The translations under genes were made by a program, and so were the position numbers. The notes under the pieces are model-generated. The model saw nothing but the letters and a program-made list of their open reading frames with translations, was not told the DNA's origin and did not search any database. Source: Octopus vulgaris (taxonomy: Eukaryota). From it: 64,000 nt of DNA. Positions 1 to 13,119 of this stretch are shown here, piece by piece. The stretch lies in NCBI GenBank assembly GCA_951406725.2, contig OX597818.1:69502001-69566000 (forward strand), in the 5' to 3' direction. The first letter of the stretch is position 1, and each line of letters starts with the position of its first letter.

Positions 1-1249
1 GTATGCTCTAAATTTCCTGTTGATTCTATTGTTTCTGCCTAATTGAGCAATCAACTTCTATTTTACTGCTATAATTTGTCAGGTAGAATTTGTTTTTGTG
101 ACGTCATTTTAACATTACCTCCATCTGTTTCTAATTTAATCATGTTTGGGGTATTATATGGCATTTCTCTGCATCGCATTGTTGGCATTATTTATGTAGT
201 GTGTGCTGTGCTTGATGACTATTCAGTTGATGTGATCTCCGATTGGTCAAAGCAATTTTTATCTCCTCCTGTGACACACACATATCTAGACAAAGCAGTG
301 ATATTCCTCTTTCCCTCATTTCTAAAATTGGATTTATGATTGAAGACCAATTTCAAAATCTCTCTTCATTCACATAAATATGAAACGTATATGTTTCCAT
401 GTTAACGGCTTGACATTTTATCTTTTATATTCCTTTATTCTTTTACTGGCTTCAGTTATTTCCCTTTTGCCATTTTAGAGCCCTCCCTCCTATGATTTTA
501 CTCAATTGTATTAATACCAGGCTTTAAATCAATGAACATAAACACAGACAGGGATCCAGATACAGACATATTTTTATGTATGTGACAACAAGGAACAATG
601 GTGATATGTTCCCTCATAACACAAAACTCGATAGGAAAACATTTGTGCAGAACACAAGGATCCTGAATAGAATTCCCCACAAAACAAGGCAAAGCACTTC
701 ACATATATCATGGCACAGTGGTAAATTAAACAAAGATTTAGCAAACAGTAAGCGAAATAAAATAATGCACACTCGACTGATGATGATGTATAATAGTTGA
801 ATACTGAAATGCTGGCATTAGTGCCGACATCAATGCCATTAGCTTTGCTTGCCATAAACAGGCAGCAACGACACTTCTCCTCGAAGATGAAACAATGAAA
901 GCCCAGAATACTGTCAGAGCTGTCAACACCATCATACCATCAAAACGTTGGTTATATCAGCAGCAATACTAATATTGATAGCTGACCCCCCTCCCCCCTC
1001 TCTCTCTCTCTCATTCCCCATTTATTTATATACCATTATCATTACCATTCACCATCCACATTTTCATATTTGCATGTTGCCAGACAAGATTCTTTGAGGT
1101 AGATTTTCCATGGTTGGGTACTTTTCTTGTCACCAATCTTTAATTTGTTTCCAAGCAAGCTAATATCTCCCCACAATCCAGACATGTTTTCATCAATGAC
1201 ACTGAGGTAACAGCATCACCTGTTCCACTGATTGAGGTCGTTTGTGAGT

Positions 1250-2905
1250 TTATGCCTGATAGGATGCTGGCAAGTAATGGCGCTTCCAGAACAACACTTT
1301 CAGGAATATCACTTCTAATCAGTGACTTGCAAGAGAGCAGACTCTGTGCAGCAACATAGTGATTCCTTGTCTATAAAATGTTTTTGTTTTTTGTTTTTGT
1401 GATATCAAGATCCTTTAAACTGTAACAGATTATTCCATGATCCATCTTGTCAAAGGCTTTAGCAAAATCGACACATATACAATCAGTATCCATTTCCTTC
1501 AGGAAATTATGAAGTATTATGTTATGGTGCCGTAGTAGTTGCATCCAACATGTTCATCCTGTTTGATAAATTCATACTGTGTATCCTTGAAGCTGCTGTT
1601 TTCCTCTTCATATTTGATTTGTCTTTTTCAAACAATGTGTTCAGCAGTTTTTGATGTGTTAGATGTGATCACAAGATTATTTACATTATTTACATTTGGC
1701 GGATATTTGTCCTCATCTTGTTTGTTGTTAACACAACATTTAAGTTGATATATCCTCCAGCCTTCATCAGGTGTCTTGCTGAAGGCTGGAGGGTCTATCA
1801 ACCAAAACGTCATGTTAACAACAAACAAGTTGAGGACAAATATCCACCAAATGTAAATAATGTACATAATTCCTCATCTCTTAAATATAGATCTGTGTGA
1901 TCAAAACGTGTTTGTAATTTATAGCTTCAGATCTGCCACCTTCCTTGTGTATAGATGTGAACATTGCTTCTTCCAGTATTTCTGGGAATATGCCAGATAC
2001 TAATGACTTTTGGAATAGCATCTTTAATGGTTTGGCAATGCAGTTTTTATATAGTTTTAGCAGTGTGGCTGGAACACCAGCTGGTCCTGGTACTGATTTG
2101 AACCCAAGTTGTAAATAGTTGTGTTTACATCCTTCTCCATAATATCTTTAATTTCTAGATATGTCTCAGCAGTTGAATACTGAAGGCTAAAAAATTATTT
2201 TAGGTTATGCCCAATTTTGTTAATTTTAGACTGGAAGAATGTACTGTTATATTGTTGACACAAGAATTTGAATATTTCTGATGGTTCGTTTTTGTATAAT
2301 CCCTTTTGGCCCATTAGAGAACCAATCTGATTGTGAATTCTTGATTTTTGTCTAACAAAGTGGCAGAACTTAGGAATAGACTATATTTTCTACTGTTTGA
2401 TGCTCCTTCTACAAATTTTCTTTCTCAGAGATTTCTTTTAGATCCAGTTCAATGCCTCTTCTTGTTATTGTTTTTCTCACTCTCATCTGTTGAGAGAGTT
2501 TGGGTTTTTTTTAGATGTTTTATCAGTTTAGTTCAGTTATACATAAGTATTTAACTATCTCATGGAATAAAACTCTTGCAAAGCTAGACATATTTAGACG
2601 TGGCATGCATTTGACAGATCTTGATTACCTCTGCATCCAGAGCCTTCATTCTTTCTTTTCTTCCATCCTTTATTTCTTCATTAACATTGAGGTTAGCAAT
2701 TCAATGAGGCCAGTTATTTGAGAGGATCTCGATTTCAATTGCTTTCCACTTGTCCGCCCTAAAATTTAAGTTCCTGAACTCTGTGTCAAGTTCGATGATA
2801 ATTTTATTTTTACCAATTTCTCCTGATAAAGTGATCATCAGATCGCTGTTACCACTTGTCAGCAGATATGGATAGATCCCTTAGATTTTGTTTGATAGTG
2901 TCCTC
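1250..2905 (-). mobile_element. Degenerate LINE ORF2 (reverse transcriptase region), CR1/Jockey-like, interrupted by an HHR element at 1675-1895
   Basis: Minus-strand translation gives decayed RT motifs: KSVPGPAGVPATLLK...KPLKMLFQKSLVSGIFP, NYKHVLITSNTSKTAEHIV (cf. NYRPISLTS), VDFAKAFDKMDH and SDIPESVVL (cf. SGVPQGSVLGP). Stops and frameshifts are present. Confidence 0.8.
1675..1895. mobile_element. Inverted-arm Penelope-like/HHR element, family H1, truncated copy
   Basis: About 90-bp inverted arms meet at ~1770-1780. Decayed HHR on the minus strand (GACAC-CTGATGA-AGGCTG...). The right arm has an extra tail TTCCTCATCTCTTAAATATAG. TSD TGTGATCACAA (1664-1674) / TGTGATCAAAA (1896-1906). Same family as 48265-49370 and 55280-55597. 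Confidence 0.8.
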
Positions 2906-2909
2906 GAAT

Positions 2910-3520
2910 GCTTCAATAGCCTTCTGCATGTTGCCTAAAAAGGACTTTCTTCAGAAGTCTATCGTCACCAAATCTGGCAATGTGATATACCCAGCAGAGA
3001 TTCCTCTGCCTCAATGCTGCAAGAATTGAAAGCCAGCCTCCCAGAAAACTTCCAAGTTTTGAGATATGTTGCCACCATTTGATATTCATGATGACTCTCA
3101 GATATTCTTTTCTACTACAGGCAAAAGGCCTGAAATTTAGGGGAGGGGTATGAGTCGATTCCATCGACCCCAGTGTGTAACTGGTACTTATTTCATCGAC
3201 CCTGAAAGGATTAAAGGCAAAGTCAACTGCGGCGGAATTTGAACTCAGAACAGAGCAGCAGGTGAAATACTGCTAAGCATTTCATCCAGTGTGCTAACAA
3301 TTCTACCAGCTCGCTCAGATATTGCATGAGAAAGGAACTGACCCTTCTCACCTGTATTTTGTAAAGAATTCAAGTGTCTGCTCCATACAATAAAACTGAG
3401 ATGACAATGGCTCTGTATACTTAACATTTTACTTCCATTGAGATATTGCAGATTGTTTCATAGTCACTCATTTACACATCCAAATGCAGAAGTTTTAGCC
3501 ATGGGATTCTACAGCTCTTT
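2910..3520 (-). mobile_element. RTE-clade LINE ORF2 C-terminal fragment, split by a SINE
   Basis: VYRAIVISVLLYGADT (cf. LLYGSETW) and LRQRNLCWVYHIARFGDDRLLKKVLF (cf. RLRWAGHVARM..RLPKK). Confidence 0.7.
3113..3314 (-). mobile_element. tRNA-derived SINE family A (MetaSINE/MESC-like core)
   Basis: Head GCGAGCTGGTAGAATTGTTAGC, B-box GAGTTCAAATTCC and core GCCTTTAATCCTTTCAGGGTCGATGAAATAAGTACCAG. About 10 copies in the window. Confidence 0.85.
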
Positions 3521-4974
3521 GTGTGTGCGCATATTAATGTGTGTATGTGTGTGCATGTGCGTGTGCATGTGCATGTGTGTGTATGTATAAAAATGCACAC
3601 ATTATGGAAAGAGCACGAGATTTGTTATGAGGCTAGTGCACCATGGAGGTGACTGCATGCTGCACTTCAGTGAAGCACAACAACTAATATGGGACTAAAA
3701 CAGCTGCTTTATGTTTCAGTAGAATATCATTGGTCAGTTATTTGATGGATACTTGGCAGGGGGTTCCAAATAACAGCAATGGAACCTAGGTAGAGCTGGA
3801 TGGAAAAATCATATGTGTGTGTGAGGATTTAATTAATATTTATGTGAAATTAATGTGAGAGGCGGATATGTTGGAGATTATTCAATAAATGATTCTTACC
3901 AAACAAGCCATTCCCACTAATAAGATATACCATACCTATATATCTGTAGAGTATTTTTCCTTCTGCAGATCTATATATATATATATATATATATACATAC
4001 AGGCATATATACATGTGTGTGTGTGTGAATACATAAGGTTTACTGTTCCATAAAGATAGAATCAACAAAAAGGCATTCCATCCAGTCAGTGAAAGATAAT
4101 TATCATTTAATGTACACAATATAAAGATATGAGTTACTTATTGTTTCTTGCTGTGAAGACACCAGGCTAGGTAGGTTTTTATAATATGCCTTGTGTCTCC
4201 AAGCAATCTTCGGGCTCTGAGCACATAGTCTGGTCTATTTAAAAATCAGGATGCTGAAACATGAGAATCTACAAGAAAAAAATTAGGAAAAAGCAAGGAG
4301 AAGGTCGATGCAAGATGTTGAAGAGTGAAGAAAAAAGGAAAAAGAAAAGAACAAAAAGAAAATTAGATTCATGTCTCATTCATTTGTAGAAATTATAATT
4401 AAAACTGGTTGTAGAATGATTTAATGGAGTCAACTTCAAAGACTGCAAGACAGCAACTCAATCTGAAGAGGGTGGCGTTCTCCAATTCATCAAAAGAAAT
4501 TTGTCCATATGCTTGTATTTGCTGAAAATTTTAGATCTGTAATTCAGTAGAATGGTGGAGTTCTTGAATCTAAAACGGTAAAAGATGGCAAATGTTTTCA
4601 GATGATGGCAACTACGGTGATGAGGAGGATGATGATGAGGAGGAGGAGGAGGAGGATGATAATGATTACAGCAATGTCAATGACAACAACGACAGCAACA
4701 CTTATCTAAAGATCAAAGATGTTGAGAAATAAGAGCGTTTGAGGATATATGAAGATAATATTCAAGGATAATTGAAGAGAATATGTCAGTTTTGCAAATT
4801 CTTTAGTGTGGTGTTGGAATGGTAGAATTATTAGAACTTTTGGACAAAAATACCTTGTGATATATTGTAGTGATTCTTTAGCTTCTGAGTTCAAATCAAG
4901 TGTTAGGGTGACTTTATCATTCATCAATCTGGGGTCAGTAATGAGCATTCACTTGTTTGATCAACTAAATTTCT

Positions 4975-5205
4975 TATTTCTTTATTGCCCACAAGGGGCT
5001 AAACATAGACGAGACAAGCAAGGACAGACAAAGGGATCAAGTCGATTATATCGACCCCAGTGCGTAACTGGTACTTAATTTATCGATCCCAAAAGGATGA
5101 AAGGCAAAGTCGACCTCAGTGGAATTTGAACTCAGAACGTAGCGGCAGACGAAATACCGCTGAGCATTTCACCCGGTGTGCTAACATTTCTGCCAGCTCA
5201 CCGCC
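4975..5205 (-). mobile_element. SINE family A copy with alternative 3' tail
   Basis: Same head and core as 3113-3314; the 3' segment differs. Confidence 0.85.
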
Positions 5206-7355
5206 TTGCTCAACTAGATTTCTGCTCATGAAATTAATCTGTAAACATCCAAAGATTTCATAGACACATGTACCCCAGATTTAATCCTCAAGATGAGTTT
5301 GCACAGAATATTGTTTGATAAGGTCTGACCTTTGAATTACAGTAATATGGAGAAAAGAATTGGTCTGACTACTGGCATTGGTACTTCATTTCATGAACCT
5401 AACAGAAGAAAGGTAAAATTGATCTGAGTAGAATTTGAACCCACTGAACAGAGAATTGTTGCAAGTAGAGAGTGGTATTCTATCCAATTCACTGCTGACT
5501 CTACCATTCTGTTGGTGTCTGAGAGGACGAATATGGCAACATTCAACTAAAAACTTAAAACAATATTCAAACGTTTATAAAAACTTTCTGCCTGGCTTTC
5601 AACCACTTCAGAAATTTTTTTCTGCCATGTTTGGGTGGTTGGTTGGCTGGTTAGCTGGTTGGTTGAAGCTGATGCTCTTTCTTTTTTGTTTCGTGTTATT
5701 TTCTTTTTTTTTTTTCATTTATTTATTGATTTATTCTATTTTTCATTATTTATGCATTATTTTTATCTTTTCCTTTTTAAAAAAATGAAAACTAAACCAT
5801 GAAAATTGCAATTTCATTTCAGATGTGTGTGGTTGCAGTTTTCCGCACAGAAATGTTTGTTATTCAAAATGTTAATCTTCTTCCAGTATTTTTTTTAATT
5901 CAATTCCATAATGAGAATTTGACAAGTAATAGTTTAGCATTACACTAAAAAACTAAAATTTAGAGAACTTTATGTCTAAGTCTTATTGCTTATTTCTTCC
6001 CATCTTCGAAGATTAGATTAACTTTCCTTCTGTCCAGATATGAGAAACAGCGTTCTGGCTACAAAATTTCTTTAAAAAAACTAAAACACTTAGTCCTTTC
6101 TCTCATACATCTTTCATTTGTTTTCAACCCAGATATAAGTAAAAGCTAAATTCAATTAGATGAAGCAATATATAGCTAACAGCTGCTCAGCTCGAATGTG
6201 CACTAAATTTCTGAAAAATCAAATAAGCTCTTTCTTTTGACGGGTTTGTTCCAAAACTAAATCCATTTGGGTGACTAATTTGGATCAGAGAGGCATTGTA
6301 TAGTTTCATAGAACATGGTCGACAACTTTAGTAATACATGCTCACAAGTATGTTTGTGTATATATTACGTAATTTTGTCTTTATACATGTTTTTAGATGT
6401 ACACAACCATGCATATTTATATGTGTGTGTATGTGTATGTACATGTCTATGTATGCAACTTTACACATGCATCCACACTCATATATTTACACTCACACAC
6501 TCATGCATGCACATACCTCATCACCACCATCACAATCATCATTGTCCTTTTACATCTACTTTCCATGCTGACATGGATTGGACAGGTAACCATCCAGCTT
6601 AGTTTTATTTCGATCATTTCTTCCTAAGATGCATTGAACATATAAGGTTCACTCAATCATGCTATTTCAGCAAGGCTTCTGCGCCTAAATTCCATTTGTT
6701 ACACCAACCATTTAACAGAATGTACTTTTTATCATGGCACCGACATTAAAGATGTTGTCATGCCTTCAGCATGACTTGAACATTCTTTAAACACTTCATT
6801 GTCTCTGTTCTGTCACCAACCATTCTAGAAATCATACTGGGTACAATTCCATTAAGCAAGGCACCACTTTAGTTTCACATTGGTTGTCAATCCAAACAAC
6901 CAAAGAAGAACCAGGATAAGAGGATGAAAGAAGAAAGATAATATAGTGGGAGAGGCCAAGTGACTGGGGGAAGTAATGGAAGAGAGACAATAAAGGCAGT
7001 TGCATGTTTGCTGGTAAGGGCAAGATAGAGTGAGAGATAAAGAGTGACAGATTTAGATGATCCTGACATGGAGGGAGTGTTATTAATAATTAATGATTCA
7101 TTGGAGAAAGAATGCTGGTGAGCAGTCAAGAGATATGATGGTTCGCTATACTGGATAGAGTTGGATCAAGTGTGATCCTTAAATATGCAGGTGTGAAATT
7201 CATGATGAGCAGTGGGACCAAAGCCAAGAATGTGGCTGTGAAATGAACTCCTGAAAAACACTGTTAAACGTGTCTGAGCCATACTCCCACACAGTATTCA
7301 GGTTTATTTGTTGTTGCTAAACCCCAGGTCAGATCTCATTAATAATGTGCATGCA

Positions 7356-7646
7356 TCCAGGACTTATTCTTTTGTAAGCCTAGTACTTATTCTATCGGCA
7401 TCTTTTGCCAAACTGCTAAGTTATGGGGACGTAAACACACCAACATCAGTTATCGAGTGATATTGGGGGGACAGAAACACAAACATACACACACACACAC
7501 ACATATATATCCGATGGGCTTCTTTCAGTTTCCGTCTACCAAATCCACTCATGAGGAAGACACTTGCACAAGGTGACACACAGTGGGACTGAACCCGGAA
7601 CCATGTGGTTGGTAAGGAAGCTACTTGTCACACAGCTACTCCTGCA

Positions 7647-7648
<2 letters not shown>
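7356..7648 (-). mobile_element. tRNA-derived SINE family B (CORE-SINE-like; possibly an Octopus OR-type family)
   Basis: Head ...CAGGAGTAGCTGTGTG..., B-box GGTTCAGTCCC, core CCTTGTGCAAGTGTCTT and an internal (TG)n. Homologous to 12428-12875, 14745-15090 and 21826-22210. Confidence 0.8.
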
Positions 7649-7683
<35 letters not shown>

Positions 7684-7686
<3 letters not shown>

Positions 7687-7835
7687 TTGGCGTTAGGAAG
7701 GGCATCCAGCTGTAGAAACACTGCCAGATCTGACTGGCCTGGTGCAGCCTTCGGGCTTGCCAGACCCCAGTTGAACCGTCCAACCCATGCTAGCATGGAA
7801 AGCGGACGTTAAACGATGATGATGATGATGATGAT

Positions 7836-7837
<2 letters not shown>
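7684..7837 (+). mobile_element. RTE LINE 3' end (family C) with (GAT)n tail, embedded in (TA)n
   Basis: TGGCGTTAGGAAGGGCATCCAGCTGTAG...CCCATGCTAGCATGGAAAGCGGACGTTAAAC(GAT)n. The same 3' UTR is contiguous with RTE coding sequence in the copy at 36338-37008. Confidence 0.85.
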
Positions 7838-7869
<32 letters not shown>

Positions 7870-7958
7870 TATATATATATACATATATATGTATATGTAC
7901 ATGTATATTTATATACATATATGTATGTATATATATATATATGTACATGCATATATAT

Positions 7959-8015
<57 letters not shown>

Positions 8016-8065
8016 TGTATATATGTATAATATATACATATATGCATATATTCATATATACATAT

Positions 8066-8618
8066 GGTGGCTGCCCCCTCGTTATCGAGTATGGCCATTG
8101 CACAAAGCTTAATCAATGTTGTTATCGTGCAATGCCTGTGCAAGAAGATTTTTTTTTAAAGTGAGGAAAGGCTGTGCACTGAGTCAATCCCACTCACTAA
8201 GCAACAGCAGTCTTAATCCGAAAAGAAGAACAAGTCAACATCATCGGTAACCACTGAGCCACAGGTTTTATGTCAGAGTTATCACAGTTACCTGAGTTAC
8301 CTTCTCCTAGAAGGATGCCCTAACAAAGGCTACGAGTCCTTCACTCCCAATGGTTTAACCACACGATCAGGTATTCAGTCTGATTATTTCTATGTCCCCA
8401 CGCATGATACAGCTTTAAGACATTTATTGGATGGCTGTTGATTCTCAAGAGTTTCTCAGCCCTTTGATGGGTTTTGTTTTTCATCCTGCAGGGTGTCCAA
8501 TAAACACCCTCCCCACCAAGCAAGCTTGGTGGAGTTGCCGGTTTAGTCGCCAACGGCCCGACCATGCAACAGGTTTTACTGGGTTACATGTTACCAGTAG
8601 CACTCGAAAGTGACCTGA
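8066..8618 (-). mobile_element. Non-autonomous RTE-related element (family D) with structured 5' leader
   Basis: Contains CTAGGAGAAGGTAACTC, resembling RTE 5' UTR motifs. The 5' ~200 bp is shared with 37811-38015. No ORF; flanked by microsatellites. Confidence 0.6.
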
Positions 8619-9309
8619 CATACATACATATATACACATACATACATACATACATACATACATACATACATACATACATACATACATGTATACATGTATA
8701 CTTCATAGGTGTCTTTCAGTCTCTATATTAAAGATATTTTCCCAAAGAGCAGTGAAGTGAAGTGGGACCACAAACTCAAGATCACATGGCTCGGACACAA
8801 GCTTCATAACCACCCATCCATGCCCTCTGCTCATATTTGTTGCAGGAAATTTCTGTGATTTGAAAGCACTATGCTGGGTTTTGTACATCAACCTTGGGAT
8901 TGTTGGTTTCCCTTAGAAACCTTGCTCTTCTGTGAAATATCGAGTGCAAATCAGTTTACTGGTGTCCAAAGCTCCTCGACTTATATTAATGGATGGATGT
9001 GAATTGAGCACCACCACTTAGCAAACCATTTCTCAGTGTTATGTTGTAGCACTTCTTGTTGATGAAAGTTATTATAAGTTAAATGGTTCTTCTCCAGACA
9101 CAAAACTGTGTTGCTCATCAGAAGTTATGCCCTTTTCACTCTTCTAATCTAACTTTTTATCAGCTTTTGCCAGCTGTGTCAATAAATACAGCGGAAATTG
9201 ATATATAAAAGTCATTAATATTGTGTAGTGTTTGCAATCTGCGTCTCCATTCTAGCACACACTCACACGCACACACAAAAACACTTATACACAACCATAC
9301 ATTCAATCA

Positions 9310-9379
<70 letters not shown>

Positions 9380-9691
9380 GTGGTTATATCTACACACACA
9401 CATTTACACAGACCAGACACACACAGAAATATATAAGTGGTCCTCAAGAGAGAGTTCTTATTTCTGTCAGCTGATTCCAAAAAGAATATTAAAAAATGCA
9501 AAAATAACCAAAAATTGAAAAAATTGAAACCATACATATCATGATTTTTTTTTTTTTTTTAAAGTCAGGAATGTGGACAGCGACCATAACTCTTGATAGG
9601 TCCTCAGGCACCAGTGGCTATTTGGAAAGAAGGTATCTTCCAAAGATAGTCTTGGCCTGAAGTCATACACGCCCAATGGTTTCTTTTAAAG

Positions 9692-9977
9692 CATAGGTTC
9701 TCGAAATGGGCACTACCACTCCCCAGTGGGCCTTGAGATGGTATGGAAAAAGGAGGCTTTGGGAGGAAGGCAGTGAATTAGGGGACACTATGAATTTATG
9801 ATATTATTATAGTATTGTATACAAACTATATACTATATCAAATATCAAATGATTCATAGTGTATATAAATTAGTAAAATATAAAATATTTATTTATACAT
9901 AAAAATAGGGGTGGGGGCGCTGAGGGTGTGATGTGGCCATGAGGTGGGCAGTGATCCAAAAAGTTTGAGAACTTTTG
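9692..9977. mobile_element. Old hAT (Charlie/MER5-like) MITE
   Basis: Imperfect TIRs CATAGGTTCTCGAA / TTTGAGAACTTTTG; the 8-bp flanks only partly match. Confidence 0.4.
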
Positions 9978-11240
9978 TACAAAAGGCAGCACAGCTGATG
10001 GTGTCGGTGGGAAACTAGGTGATGGGTTACTTCTAACTGGATTTGAACTCAGAAGGCCACAACACAGCACAAATACCGTAAGGCTTCCAGTCTGACTTTC
10101 TTTCACTTCACCAATTCCATTACCCTGGAGGTTTGACATTCTTTGTTGGCTTCAAAAAGATGGAAGACAAATGTAACGTTGGCAGGATTTGAACTTACAA
10201 AAGTAACTCCAGAGTTACTGTTGTTCATGACACACATCAGACCCACTTGAGTCCCTTCTTATAACTTTCTGCTAATAAGATCATAGTGTGTGCGTCTGAG
10301 TGAGTGTGTGTGTGTGTGTGTGTGTGTGCATGTATCTGTTGAACGAATATCAGCTTCAAACTTGGATGTTAACCGATGATGATGACATTCAATATTCACA
10401 GACACATGTGTGTGTGTTATGCACATGTGCCAGTGTCTGTGAATGCGTACATTCTTCATGGAAACATGAAGAATGTATGCTAAAAGAAGAGAATATTTGA
10501 TGGTAATTCCAGTCAACGAATCCTGTGTCTCTACACCTTTGAGAACAGAACGAAATCAAAAAAATCTCTCACTTGAGAAAAAGGTGTTAGTTAGCAACAG
10601 GAATGGTATTTACAACCCAGAAAATGGTTTTTGTTTTTGTTTTTTTGTAATAGATGCAAAAATGACTGGAGGCAGGCAGGTGTGAGGGGGAGGGGGAAGA
10701 GAAATTTGCTTGCCAAAAACATGGCTCTGGGTTCATTCAGTTACACCTTGAACAAGTGTCTTCTACTACTACAACCCTAGGCAGACCAAAACCTTGTAAG
10801 GGAATCTGGGAGATGGAAAAGGAAAGAAACACATGTTCTGGCCTTCATTTCCAATCTAAATATTTCTAGCAATGGAGATATATTAATAACCATGGAAACA
10901 GGAGAGGGTTGGCAACAAAAAAGCCACAGAAAAATCTGCCTTGGGTACTGCCATCAAACCCATGCAAGCATGAAATAGTAGATGTTGAAATGGGCCCCTA
11001 GATGCATTTCTAGCTCATTGTGTGTGTGTGTGTGTGTGTGTGTGTAGCAGGTATATTGTCCTACATATGAAGGTGGTCTTATTTGGACTTTGTAGAGAGC
11101 CAGCAATAGATCATAGGTCAAGCATTTTGTACCCCTGAAGAAAGGGTCGCAGTATTTGGTAATGTTGTAAATCTGTAAGGCAGGGATGATCGTCCTTGTT
11201 ATTTCATGGACCAAAAGGGATACAAAAGAATAGATGTTAC

Positions 11241-11308
11241 CAGACTTAAAGTCACGAGAGAGAAACTGTTGCCAGTCGTCAAACAGCTGAACTGTGGCCA
11301 TTAAAATG
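11241..11308 (-). CDS. Candidate 68-nt exon with ATG (MATVQLFDDWQQFLSRDFKS), unknown product
   Basis: Acceptor TTTTTCATTTATTTTATAG|, donor CTG|GTAACA, ATG at 11301 with G at +4, and an open frame to the donor. No homology recognised. Confidence 0.35.
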
Positions 11309-11844
11309 CTATAAAATAAATGAAAAACTAAAATATTTTATTGATTGCCAATCATGATTGAGCAGAGAGATGTCGAGGCATTGAGATAAGCAGTTAAATG
11401 GTTTAGAACAAAGCAGTGATCCAGCATACCTTTGTAATGGTGATCAGACTGTGATGGGGAAAGAGAGACAGACAGAGAGAGAGTGATAGAGACAGAGAAG
11501 AGAGAGGGTGAGAGATAGAGAGTGAGAGAGAGAGAAGTCCTTTCTACATTAGCAGATTGGAATAGTCTGTGAGGAGATAAAACCCAATATATTGATTTCT
11601 GATTGGGTAGAATTTATAAAGATTGGACATTGGAATTTGTGGTGTTCATCCTTTCTCAAAGCAACAATAAACATGATACAATATCTAACAGCTGTATAAT
11701 GCATGTGACTTGTTAGCTTGTATCATGTTTCCCCTGTTTTAGGTGCCTCTGTAGGGGTCACTATACTCTAGGCCCATCAAAGCTGCAGAACATCAAGGAT
11801 GTGGTGGCTGGAGAGAAAAAGGGCTGTGTCAGCACTATAGAGGA

Positions 11845-11958
11845 GCATTATGAAATGAAAGACCTCGCTCAAGACTACCATGTGCTGCTTAGTCCAGGAA
11901 TGAAAGCCATGACCTTATGATCATAGACCCAATACCCAAACCACTGGGTCATGCACCA
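11845..11958 (-). mobile_element. tRNA-derived SINE family F, 5' fragment
   Basis: Reverse complement GGTGCATGACCCAGTGGTT...ATCATAAGGTCATGG...CTTGAGCGAG matches the heads at 46478 and 59442. Confidence 0.6.
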
Positions 11959-12427
11959 CCACAATAAAGTCGATTGGGGCATGGAAATGAATTTCCATTT
12001 GGAAATGAAACTTGTTGCAAACTTAGATTTTCTCACTTGCCAATATAAAGTTATTAAATTTAAATTTGATTTAAAATTCAAGAATTTTCTTCATAACACA
12101 TCAAATCTTCAAATTCATTGAGTAAAAATCTGAGGAAATCAACCAAGGAAGTGAATGAAACACTTCAATTTAATTTAAAATTTTATGTTAATAATATTAT
12201 ATTTTTTTGATTTAATTCTTTATTTCTAGTGTTCTTAATTCAAGGAAACATCAAGTTATTAGTCTAAATAACTGGAGAATAAACACCAAACTGAAATTCT
12301 TAAACATTATTTCTATTAACAATGGTAAATTCCATTCCTGGTTCACTGTTAAGGAACAATGGCATTTTATGCAGACCTTGAATCCCTTATAAATTGGAAG
12401 CCAAATTCTTTTCAAACCACATCTCTT

Positions 12428-12646
12428 AGTTTTTACTTTTTTCAGTCATTGGACTGCGGCCATGCTGGGGCACCACTTTGAAGGGTTGTTTTTAGACAAA
12501 CAAATCAAGCTTAGGATATTATTTTCTTCTTTTTAGACTGGTAGTAATTCTATCAATCTCTTTTGCTAAACCACTAAGTTATGGGGACTTGCATAAGCCA
12601 ACCCCAGTTCTTAAGTAGTCATAGAGGACAAACACACACATACACT

Positions 12647-12704
<58 letters not shown>

Positions 12705-12875
12705 AAAACATATGACAGGCTTCTTTCATTTTCCATCTACAAAATACACTCACAAGGCTTTGGTCTGCCTGGGGCCATAGTAGAAGATAATTACCCAAGG
12801 TGCCATGCAGTGACTGAACCCAGAACAATGTGGTTGGGAAGCAAGCTTCTTACCACACAGCCATGCTCACATCTA
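12428..12875 (-). mobile_element. SINE family B, near full length
   Basis: Head, core, internal (CA)n and the 3' CCAGCATGGCCGCAGTC segment are all present. Confidence 0.85.
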
Positions 12876-13119
12876 CAAAATCAAGAACACATTCAATAGT
12901 GTAGACCTGAATATCTTGAAAATAAGTTGTGATGGTCATATGTGGAATGCTTGGACCAAGAATACACTTCATCTGAGATTCTCTGCTGGTGTATAAAAGA
13001 ATCAGAATAGTCTTTTTACTTTCTCAGTCAAAGAGTAACACATTCTTTTTTCACTTCAAAATGGCCAGAACAAACTAATTTCAGGATTTTGAAATTCACA
13101 AAGGAGATGAGACGGGACC

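Noticed and set aside
3350-3510. Apparent exon with CAG|GTGAGA donor
   Set aside because: It lies inside a recognisable RTE ORF2 remnant.
9095-9125. CUGAUGA followed by a hairpin on the minus strand
   Set aside because: No GAAA or cleavage stem. It reads better as a decayed LINE RT motif (SDEQHSFVSG).
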